From: Massalongia carnosa
Lineage: Eukaryota
Assembly (NCBI GenBank): GCA_965645245.1
Contig: OZ287072.1
Coordinates: forward strand, 1,240,001-1,304,000
DNA: 64,000 nt
Reading direction: 5' to 3'
Shown here: positions 12,018 to 22,925 of the stretch, piece after piece
Layout of the letters: every line of letters starts with the position of its first letter
Position numbering within the stretch: the stretch's first letter is position 1
Translations under genes and position numbers: made by a program
The notes under the pieces: model-generated
Told to the model about the DNA's origin: nothing
Databases searched by the model: none
What the model saw: only the letters and a program-made list of their open reading frames with translations

Positions 12018-13640
12018 CTACTCTCCCGGGAATCCGTTTCGCAGATTATCATACTTTGAATTGGGGTAGGACAGCGTATTGTGACTCCGATCAATACCCT
12101 TTAGGCATTTTACAACCTATCCACACTTAGAATCAAGGACTTGCATAAGGGCAGAATGGCTTACCGTCCCTATGAGACTTTCTTCTCCCTGTTTATCTGC
12201 ACTACTTTCCCACCACATTGCACCCCCTAAATATTCTTTCTTGATGAAGTTCGCTTTCCGCTCCGCCATTTCCTTGGTGTCGTAACTGATCATCAATCGC
12301 TTGGCGGGATCATAGCTCCAAGTTGTAGCGGCTTCATCACATATGTACTCCTGCGCCCCCTTTTGGGGTAAAACTTTGAGATCCCACACACCTCCTTCCC
12401 AACTACCTTCGCCAGTACCAGAAAATGGGGCACCCGGTCCAGCTGTAGAGACGAATGCGCGCCCGTAAAGTGGCATGCCTAGGACGATCTTCGATCCAAC
12501 AATACCCTGCGATTTGTAATATTCAACTGCCTGCAGGGCAGAGAAAGGTGTGCATGCAGGATTGGACGTGGAAAAATAGAGGTTAGATTGATGCCCGGCA
12601 GTTGCATCCCATGAACCAGCAAAGTCGTAGGCCATCAAGTTCCAAAAGTCAAGATATTGATCCATAGCTCTCAAGTGCATTTTTTCGTAATTTTGGGAAC
12701 CTTGTCTCGTCAGTAGAGCACATAGATTTAATGATAGGGATACTACCTGCAGGGCAGGCTACGGTAAGTAACATTTTACCTCCATGATGAGGCATGCACG
12801 AGTCAAGCGCCTAATAAATATGAGCCCGAAGCGGGCTTTAGTGGCCCTCGAAAGAGTTTCACTCACATTCCGAGTCTCCTTAAGCAGATAAACGAAATTG
12901 GTTGCTTCTGTGTCGTTCTTTGGATACTCCCAATCAACATCTAGCCCTATAAAATATTCAGCTAGGACGACTTAGTATGAGGGGATCATGACTACCATCA
13001 AGGCCTAGGTCTTCGACCAGCTTAACAGCTGATCTAGCAAACACTTGGCGTCCCTCATGTGTCAAAGAAGGCTGTACAAAGTTTGATGAGTATGTCCAAC
13101 CACCGATAGAAAGAAGCAGTTTTAAATGGCGGTGCCTTTTCTTCAGTAAGAAAAGTTGCTTGATGCATCCATAAACGTTTGTACCTAGATCCATAACCAA
13201 TCAGCATTTAAGTTGAGCACGAAAGAGTTGGTACGAAGTGAGGGAGAAAATTACCTGCGTCGTTCCATGAATCGGATGGATAATGTTTATCCTATAGATG
13301 ATTGATTAAACCAATGTATCAATTCAATCCAGCCGTATGTACCGTATCGCTCCATGTATCTGTCAAATAGCTGTCCCATCTCTTCCAGTTAGGAGTTTTT
13401 TTTAAAGAGCCCTTCATAAACCGAGAGCTTACACTTCTCCATTTTCCGGTCTAACATTTGCAAAAGCATATAGTATATGTGTTAAGTGATGAGCAGGTAA
13501 GTCTTGAGGTTGGTGGTTCCTTCCATAAATAGCCCTGAGAACTAGACTGAGTATTGGGGACTCGGTGAGCAGACAGCAGAGTTGTAAACACACCAGTTGA
13601 CAAAATATGCAACAGCTTTATAGTCTCCTGTGCTCTCCAT
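12018..13640 (-). CDS. Glycoside hydrolase family 18 chitinase (multi-exon, no obvious signal peptide)
   Basis: [16 protein letters not shown] start; [11 protein letters not shown]; catalytic [10 protein letters not shown] split by an intron; [32 protein letters not shown]; ends [13 protein letters not shown]. Confidence 0.92.
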
Positions 13641-14548
13641 GATAACTTGCGATACAGATACAATTTTTAGTAGAGCCTGGCTTTCAGGTCTACTGGACAG
13701 AGAAGAGACAGTGGATATGCTGCTGGTAAGATGAGGGAGAGAACAGCAAGAAAGGCCTTGTAAGAAGATTGCAAGTCAACACATGTAATGAAGATTCAAT
13801 GCTGAAGACAACACACAAGTAGTAGAAATGTTAGAGGTATAAAGCACGGCTCACTTAAGATAGCATCAAACAGGATTAACCAACAAATAAGACTATGAAG
13901 AGTCTTGGAAAAGCGGGCAGCAAGGTCAAGTAGGTACTCGTAGCTACCTGGGTATCTTAAGCAAGGATTTACCACACAAGTGAATGGGAAATTCTGTACC
14001 AACAACAACAACAACAACAGCAGTGAGAGTTAATTGTGTGAAATATATATCCTACAAAGGTACTATGTACCTGAGGTAAATACACCCACAACTCCTATTG
14101 CAACTTCTGCTGTACAGTGTGACAGCATCTGCATTTTAGCCTCAATGAGTTAGGCTACTAACTAATCTCATAGTATAGCCCTATGTAATGTACTTACCTA
14201 CCTAGGTACTCACCGAAACCTGTGACACGTTCGGTGAATCACTCTGGCTGCCTGGGTTGTGCCTCGAATGCGAGGACTAGAATTCTAGCGATACCGTTAC
14301 TCAGAGTCGTAGCCAATCACTCTGCTTCAAAGTTTAGTACGTTGCTTCGAAGCTCGTGTTCGATCTCGTTTCAACGAGATCAGGCACAGAGTTTCGCCTC
14401 ATCTCTCACCACGCCTTCTCAGACTCGGAAGAGGAAAGCCACTGATACACTTGAAACTGCTCCTCGAAATAATAAACAAAACAAAGCTGTAGACTCTGGC
14501 AAAGTATCAGCTGCTTCAGGACAGCCAAATACTCCGCCTCTTACCACC

Positions 14549-16281
14549 ATGGATTCCGATGATGAATTTATGAGTGGCTTGTCTAGCCAAGATGGAGACT
14601 TTGGTGGAACACAGGAGAGTGATGATGGCAGTCTTGGTGAAGGTTAGTGAATTAGTAGTTGGCTCATTATACTGTCAAGCCTCCCCGAGACTGACTCGCC
14701 ACGCTTAACATGCTAGATTTCGACGACGATGATCCAGATGTCGGTTTCTCCCAAGACAAAGATCCTATCAAGCCGGGAAGAAAACCTTACGAGGTAGAGT
14801 TCAAGGTCCTCGGGCCTACGGATATACAAGCACACCAAGACAAGCAGATAGACGAGGTATCTGCTATATTAGGGCAACCTTCAGAAGCCGCTGCCATCCT
14901 TCTGAGACACCTTCGATGGAACAAAGAGAGACTCATAGAGGCCTATATGGAGAAACCAGACGCAACGCTTGAAAACGCTGGGCTAGGCCCAGATGCAGCC
15001 CAAACCCCAAGAACTAAGGTGATCAAAGGTTTTACATGCGGTATCTGCTGTGAAGATGAGCCCGGGATGGAGTCGTATGCATTAAAGTGTAACCATCGAT
15101 ACTGCGTCGATTGCTACAGGCTATACCTTGCGCAGAAAATAAGGGATGAAGGGGAAGCGGCAAGAATCCAGTGCCCGACTGCTGGGTGTAATAGAGTTGT
15201 AGACTCAAAGTCATTAGAGCTACTCGTTGCAGATGAGCTCAAAGCGAGGTACGAAAAATAACCTAAGGCTGTGATGGGCGACTGATAACTCGTTACTGAT
15301 AACTCGTTTAGGTACCACACTCTCTTAACGCGTACGTACGTCGATGACAAAGAAAACCTAAAGTGGTGTCCAGCGCCAGAATGCGAGTATGCTGTTGATT
15401 GTAGTATTAAGAAGCGAGAGTTTGCTCGAATAGTACCTACCGTCGCTTGTTATTGTCAGCATCGCTTTTGCTTTGGTTGTACGCTTAATGATCACCAACC
15501 GACGCCGTGCTCCTTAGTGAAGCAGTGGATCAAGAAATGCGAAGACGACTCTGAGACGGCCAACTGGATATCGGCGAACACTAAGGAATGCCCGAAATGT
15601 TCATCCACCATCGAGAAGAATGGGGGTTGCAACCACATGACCTGTAGAAAATGCAAGCACGAGTTCTGCTGGATGTGTATGGGATTATGGTCGGAACATG
15701 GCACAAGCTGGTATAACTGTAACCGGTTTGAAGAGAAGTCTGGTCTTGACGGACGTGATACTCAAGCCAAATCACGACAATCGCTTGAGCGTTATTTGCA
15801 TTATTATAACCGGTATGCAAACCACGAGCAGTCGGCGAAACTCGATAAGGATTTGTACTTGAAGACTGAGAAGAAGATGATCAACCTCCAAACGGCATCC
15901 GGCATGTCTTGGATCGAGGTTCAATTTTTAGAGACCGCTTCACAGGCACTCCAGCAATGCCGACAGACACTGAAATGGACATATGCTTTTGCATATTACC
16001 TACAAAGGAATAATTTGACGGAGATCTTTGAGGATAACCAGAAAGATCTCGAGATGGCGGTGGAGAGTTTGAGTGAGATGTTTGAAAAGCAAACTACAGA
16101 GCTTTCTGCGCTCAAGGGAGTCATGATGGATAAAACCTCTTATTGCAACAAGAGGAGAATTGTTCTCTTAACAGATACGGCCGAAAATCTCAAATCTGGT
16201 GAGTGAGGCTTGGGATCACTTCTTCGTCGCCACTCTAATAAGGTACTAGGTGAATGGCAATTTAATGTCGAAGTTACCTGA
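14549..16281 (+). CDS. ARI1: RBR-type E3 ubiquitin ligase, Ariadne family (ARI1/Hel1/Dbl4)
   Basis: Acidic N-terminus MDSDDEFMS; RING1 (CGICCE...CNHRYCVDC); IBR (KWCPAPEC); RING2 (TKECPKC...GGCNHMTC...CKHEFCWMC); Ariadne domain (LERYLHYYNRYANHEQS); three GT-AG introns. Confidence 0.93.
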
Positions 16282-16930
16282 TATGGATCAGCCTTAGATC
16301 AGGGGTGGATATTGTGTCTTATTATCCGGGAGTATTGTGTTCATATAGCATTAACAAGGAGCGTAGTATAGGGTCGTTTGCTAATGGCATGACTATGAGA
16401 TTGCTGCGGTTTCTGTGTATTATTTGCGTTCATCTAGAGCAGATGGAGAACCGGCGTCTCTCCCGTCGCAAATACTTGTACCCACACAAGTTTTTAAAGT
16501 CAAGCCTAGAATAGGATTATCTGCTTTATGGCTTTCGCCACGATTATATCATGACAAAAATCGCACGAAGACTGGGTGGCGCCGTGAGCCAGAAGTAAGT
16601 AATCGGTAGATAGACGTCAATGAAAACACAATGGACTATAACAGGTCTTATAGGGCGGTGAACGGAAGGAAAGCATAGCTACTTACCTCGACGTAATAAA
16701 TGGATAACGAACAAAAAAGTACTAGGTACATATTTAAGGGTTATTCCTTTTCAATATCACAAGCGCAGCGCACTAACACGGCTTAGTTATCGGGCCGGCT
16801 TGTGCAGACCCTTTCTAGTAGTACTAGTTTCTGGAGTTCGTGAACAATACCTCGATGCTTCTTCAAATGTTAATTCAACTGCCTGTTTCACTGATACTCA
16901 AAGATAATGCGCCGAATTTGGGATTGATTC

Positions 16931-17319
16931 ATGCACCCTTTCTCCATATTGACCCTAGGTATCTTCGTCGCAGGCTATATTACTGCGCGTTGGGATCTAG
17001 TAACACGACTTTACGAACTTGCCATCTTTGCCATTGATCACGGTGTCGTAGTAAGTCACTATTTTAGGTTGACTATATATGGAGAAATCACTGACAGCGT
17101 CGGTCTAGACCCGTGCTGCCAAGGGATTTGCAATTCTATCCATATTCTTCTTCCTCTTCATCTTGCCAATTGAGCGCATTGCAGCACGCGAGGTCGCCCG
17201 AGTGAACAAACTCCTCCGGATACTTTGTTGATTGATGCTAATTTAAATCCTAGCATCCTCGATCCGCTGTTGATGGTATATCGGCTCGAGAACAGCTGAG
17301 GCGACGAGGTTCGTTCTGA
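16931..17319 (+). CDS. Small (about 92 aa) three-exon hydrophobic protein immediately upstream of GPI1
   Basis: Exons 16931-17050, 17109-17201 and 17254-17319. Introns GTAAGT...CTGAC...TAG and GTGAAC...GCTAAT...TAG. Translation: MHPFSILTLGIFVAGYITARWDLVTRLYELAIFAIDHGVVTRAAKGFAILSIFFFLFILPIERIAAREVARHPRSAVDGISAREQLRRRGSF*. Confidence 0.75.
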
Positions 17320-17337
17320 GCCTATGATAATGATATT

Positions 17338-19653
17338 ATGGTTGCTGCCAACAGATTATTGAGAGTATTTTGGCCGTCTGATGTCCCAAGGAGTGACAAA
17401 GAAGGTGTCTTGGTAGGATGGAGGAATTCAGATCTAGATATCTTCGTGGTATCTATACTTCAAGACGTGGAGGTAGAGCTTGTGAAGTCCTAGGTATTTA
17501 TGAAGTTGCTGAGCAGGCCGAGTTAGTCACAATGCGTCGAGCAAGCGCTTCAGGTTGGAGAATTGTTTCGAAACAGTCCACACCCAATTGGCCGGTTAAA
17601 TCAGCTATGTGGGAACTCTACAATGTGTGTACTTGGTGCGGTCAACCTAACGACCTATGGAGAATCCTTCGACGCCAACTATCTTCTCACTTATACAGAC
17701 GGCTCGTCTGTATTTCCACGGATTTTATGTTCCACTGAAACCCGAATATCTGTACAGATTATTATTTTTGACAGGCCATCGCCAACTCGTATGCAGTACA
17801 TGTCTCAAAGTCCTATATCTCTTGCTTTAGGAGACAATGCTTTAGGGAAAAGCGGTTTAGTTGACTCTCCTAGTGCCGATGAGATTGAGGACGCAGGTGA
17901 GGAAGCTCGAAAAGCAGAGTTAGTAAAAAAGCTACAGCTACATACCGTGGTTAGGCACTTGCCGTCTCAAAAGGAGCAATCACTTCCGACTATTTTAAAT
18001 CAAATCAATTGCTCTGCGGAATTGGCACAGCTTCTAGCAAAGAATATTCACCTTCTCGGGGCTCGTCCGAAGAGAAGCCAGAGTGTTGGTGAAATGGTGG
18101 TAGAGTCCGCAACAACATTTTTGGACTATATCATTGGTGTGGGATGGCACCTCCTGGTCGCTTGGATCTATCCTGTCTTGACTAGGGCCTTTGTGATAGG
18201 TTTGGTCGGCCATCGTATCGTGGCCGAAGTAGTGCTTCGAGTACTCGAATGGCGCCCTCACCCTGAATCTGCGGCTTTGAAGGATATCTCAGCTACAGCA
18301 CAGCAGGTGGATATACGTCTACAGCAATTCTGCTACTGGCCAATCCAATACCTGACTTTACGCAAGCGAAAGGATGATTGGGAGAGCGTCACGGATAGGC
18401 ATCCAGACTATATTCGATTTTATAACAGCCTGTGGCTGGTAGCAAACGATGTTATAATTGGTATTGCTTTAGGATCCTACATCATCGACAATGCCGGCTG
18501 GGTTGCATACCAGATAAACAAAGTGCTGAGCGGGTGGACTGTGGAAGGCTTGCGTGACATGATTTCCTGGCTCATGGACTGGCCTGCTGGTCTTAAGCTT
18601 AATAACGAACTTGCAGCTTTCCTTGGCGATTTGTTTTTATGGGTTATCGATCACTGGAGAGGTAAGTCTTAATTCTCAATGATCGTGGATAACTACTCAC
18701 ATTAGTAGGATGTGTCGGAAGCCTTCGACCTTATCTACCTCATGTCATATACTTCATCGGGTTTTCAAGCTTCGCTGGAGCTACTATGCCAATCGCCTTG
18801 TTCTCAGACCTCCTCTCGCTGTTGACTATTCACATATACTGTTTCTATACCGCGTCAGCCCGTATCTTCCATTGGCAATTAACCATCATTGTGTCCTTGT
18901 TTCATTTATTTAGAGGTAAGAAGCACAATGTTTTGCGTAATCGAATAGATTCATGCGACTACGACCTCGACCAGTTGCTATTAGGCACAATCCTCTTCAC
19001 GCTACTTTTCTTCTTGCTACCAACTGTCATTGTCTTCTACCTTACTTTTACATCGGCTCGGATGGCTATCATATCTCTTAAAGCATCATTAGATACTTTG
19101 CTGGCCTGTTTAAACCATTTCCCTCTATTTGCATTGATGTTGCGAGTAAAAGACTCGCGGCGTCTTCCAGGTCAGTAATCCACCCCCTTGGGTTGTAGCA
19201 ACATGCTCATGCATTTTAGGTGGCATATGTTTCGATCTCCAAGATACCCCTTTAGATTCTCCGCAGTTCATTGGCTCTGGCAATTCATCCTCAACCTCAT
19301 ACATACTTCTCAAAGTAAGTGCTTCTGTTTGAAATTAGTCTTAGGTGTGCTAATGCAAACCTAAGTCAGTCCCGTTATCATTACGAGCCATGTTCAATCA
19401 ATACTTTCAATTGGGCCATCGTATTCGCAAGCACTATCTATCACCAAGCGTCATTTTGTGTTTGATTACCGGCCGCTTTGTCCCACCAATCCATCGCAAA
19501 AGCCTATACAGCTTACAATACAGTATGCTTCCAGCTCAGCGTGCTAGCATCTTCGAGGTGTGGCAGCGATTAACAGAAAAACCCTCATCTAAGACCGATA
19601 GCGAGATCAAGAAGCCTGATTATTTGATAGTGCCTTGGCATCATAGGCAATAA
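17338..19653 (+). CDS. GPI1: GPI-GlcNAc transferase subunit Gpi1 / PIG-Q
   Basis: N-terminal LLRVFWPSD...GVLVGWRNS; core YIRFYNSLWLVANDVIIG, WPAGLKLNNELAAFLGDLFLW, LFRGKKHNVLRNRIDSCDYDLDQLLLGTILF; several GT-AG introns. Confidence 0.93.
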
Positions 19654-19996
19654 CGATGGATACAATCCGTTAACATAGCAATTCTATGTCTTGTATTTTC
19701 AGAGCAGCAATAAACGGTTGTTGACGATTCATTCAATTCTCATTAACATTAAGCCTGTTTATCAGCCATCTGCCAGGTTTTCCCTTGGAAATAAATATAC
19801 GAATCATATATTTGCAGTACTCCCTTACTATTACTAAACAGCAGAAGGGCAGACCCTTCGATCTCATACTTGAGAAGGGAATGCTAATCATTCTCCAATA
19901 GCATATCTCCTGAGGTCTAAAAGCTTCCAGATTCATTCGATCGCTCAATCCCTTACGACATGATCTATCTCCACCAAGCTAATACAAAAACCTTGC

Positions 19997-20632
19997 CTAT
20001 CTAACGGGCCTCGCAGAAAGCCATGATGTGTCCGGGGTTATCGGTTTCGTAATCAACCCTTCGCATCCAGCACACATGTATACCCTCGCTTCTCTCTCAA
20101 TGACGCCACCGCACCGGCACTTCAGCCCTATATACGTATTCAAAGATCCCAGCGCATACGGCCCCCCAATCATTTCCCTTCTCCAGTCCATCTCCCCGTC
20201 CCTTTTCGCGTTCGCAATCTCATATGATTCGGTCTTGCAGCTCCAGCACAACCAACCCTCTGCACAGCGGCACCCCGACTTCCCCTGGATCACTAGCCCG
20301 CGAACTACAGCTATGTGCATAGCCTTCCTTCCGCAATCAATGCACAAAGGTAGCATCTTTCCCTTCATCAGGTGTGGTGTTGTGGCAACAATATGATGAG
20401 TTGCCTGGTTGCGACAAGTTAAACACACATTGTAGGGTTTAGGGTGGCGAGATTTTCGTTCGCATGGGCGGACCATTGTATCATGGGCTGCTTCTGGGGC
20501 TTCCACGAGGGAGAGGAGTGAGATTACGAGTTCTTTGCTGGAGAAGAGATGTGGTGTTTCCGAGCAGGTGAGTGTTACTTTTGTACTTTTGTTTGCCCGG
20601 GAAGGACAGGTATTCTTTCGGGATGAAGACAT
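19997..20632 (-). CDS. Cysteine-rich hypothetical protein (about 211 aa, putative Zn-binding)
   Basis: Intronless ORF from CACC-ATG at 20632. Motifs CLTC, CIDC, CRC, CWSC, CRC and CAGC. Confidence 0.55.
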   Translation of the reverse strand: MSSSRKNTCPSRANKSTKVTLTCSETPHLFSSKELVISLLSLVEAPEAAHDTMVRPCERKSRHPKPYNVCLTCRNQATHHIVATTPHLMKGKMLPLCIDCGRKAMHIAVVRGLVIQGKSGCRCAEGWLCWSCKTESYEIANAKRDGEMDWRREMIGGPYALGSLNTYIGLKCRCGGVIEREARVYMCAGCEGLITKPITPDTSWLSARPVR

Positions 20633-22925
20633 GGTGCTTTGCTGGTTGATTATTGAAACAAACGAGAGCTTGGAAGCTCGAATTAGGTTGAGTCTTGACG
20701 TTGAAAAGATGACCGGAAAAATCAAGGAGTATTGATAATCGACGTGGTGTTGTGACTCCGAAGCCACGGATTCACCCAATTGTGTCAGGCTCTGAGCCAA
20801 GACCTTGTTTCGAGAAGCTTTGTGGGGAAAAATCCTTGGAAGCAAACCCTCCGGAAGCTCCTATGCGGGCGTGACAATCCTGGGGTGCGGGATGTAACTT
20901 ACAAGTTTCTTGAAAATGGACTTTCTGAAGAGATTCTAGTTTGTATGCAGGATAATCCTTTCACTGATATCAGGTTGCCGGGGGTGATTGGATCTATGAT
21001 TGTAGCAACGCTTTGTGTATGTTTTGGTGTATTTTGTGACGACTCATAATTCCACAGGCAATGTGAAGGGTTTGCTTTGTACGTGCCATCCCTATCAGGC
21101 CGAGCGCTATGTCCATAGCCTTGTGACGACTGTGTTCGAACAATCGTTTTCTCCTGTGCGTCTTGATGGGAGTGGTCAGGTTGTGAGGATGAATGTAGCA
21201 GAATAGGTGTGTGTCGTGTTTCTTCACCACCATATCTGGCAACTTTATGTTTGTCGATTTTCGGAATAGGCATCAAAGCCTTACGTCGACTGCGATACCG
21301 TTCGGTGATCCTATCCGTCCTACCAAGCTTAGTTTCGAGAAGAAGAGGATCCACCATGATGGCCGAAAGAATGCTCAAGAAGATAGAACATAGGCGCGCG
21401 CTATTTCCTCCATGCGGGTTCTCTTATAGGAATGACAACGTCTCCTATTGGTTTCTTACTTGCATACTCCTGACAAGAGCACAAGCTTGCAACAAGCTTG
21501 TATCTGGAGACCTCCCTAGCATGCTGATTCTCTTGTATAGCAACTATGGTCTTCAAAATCAAGCATTTCCTCATACAAGTGTCCAGTCTCCATCATAAAA
21601 AGGCATTTCTAAATCACCTGAACAAGCAGAGGTGCATTAGCCCCCCGTTTTTGCTCAAGAGATCCTGACAAGCCTCCAGGCCACAGATACTGACCCTCAC
21701 ATTTTACTCGTGTATTCTACCTCCAATGACACATACCGTCAATTTCACTCCAATAAGTTCCCCATTCTTCAGCTTCAACTCCTGCTCCAGCACCACTCTC
21801 CCCAACCTACCAATTGGCCCTATTCTCAAAACCCCTGGCCGTCATCATCCACCTATCGAGCCGTGTTGAACCTCTTACCTATCAGCTTATTCACCCAATA
21901 TGGCTTACAGCCCATCAATCTCCCAGGGCAAACCGTTCACCTTCGGGGCAGAATTCATGGAGTATTCAGGCGGGTTGAACATCGCGTTAGGACCATGAAG
22001 GAAGGAGATGAATTTAGTTGGGTTTTTTGCTTGGCTAGGCCAGATAGTGGGGTGGTGGGAAAGGGGGGGGGGGAAGGTGGCATGGAGAATAGCCGGTCGG
22101 TTTTCTTGATGCATGCAAGGATGATGTCACGAGATGCCAGACAACTTCCTGGCCTAGGAATGGCTGCCTAGCTCAGGACACGAGGAGCAGAAGAAAAGGC
22201 AATGAACAGACGAAGTATGCATATTAGAATTTCTGTCGGTAAGGTGAAGGGATGGATGGTGATGAATATGTAGAGAGGTAGGAACGCGCAAACACGCGTG
22301 GCTCGAGAGCAAGGCATGCGGTTAGGTGAACCAAGAGACATTCGTTCAATGGAATTCCAGGTTCCTGCCTTGAATATACTTTTTGCCAACCCCATAACAT
22401 CCCAATTACGAATTTCTTGACCCATGCCTCTCTCTATTCGGTATAGACCGTGGAAATCCAAAGCAGAACAAGAGATAGGGAGAAAGGGAGGCAACAACAA
22501 AAGACAAAGCTTCAATGAGAGACGAGGCAGTTGCTAAAGGCAAAAGTCAAGGAAACCGGGGCTGAAGGTTTCAGAAAAATATAGTTAGACAGATTGGTTT
22601 GGAAGAGAGGTCAAAATATAGGAGAATTTTGATGCAGATTCCTTAGTGGTCGACCCATGGTGACCCCCCCCCCCCCCCAAAAATAAACATGAATTCTCCA
22701 ACCTTCCCAAAAGAAGAGGCGTTTAGAAGAGCAATGTATCCGTAACTCCCCTTGTAGAGTCCTGGTTGCTCACTCACTCCAATGTATAACCAAAAATAAG
22801 GATATGAACAGTACTCTCTCCGGCCAAGCGCCTTTTGAGACTCTTTGATGTCAACTCAGCTCCGTACAGGTAACTTTGGCCTGTAAACGCCCTAAAGTTC
22901 CCTAGTTCGAAGATGCAAACACCAC

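Noticed and set aside
22204..22254. F-box-like peptide HPFTLPTEILICILRLF on the minus strand
   Set aside because: Too short, with no coherent downstream ORF. At most a decayed remnant.
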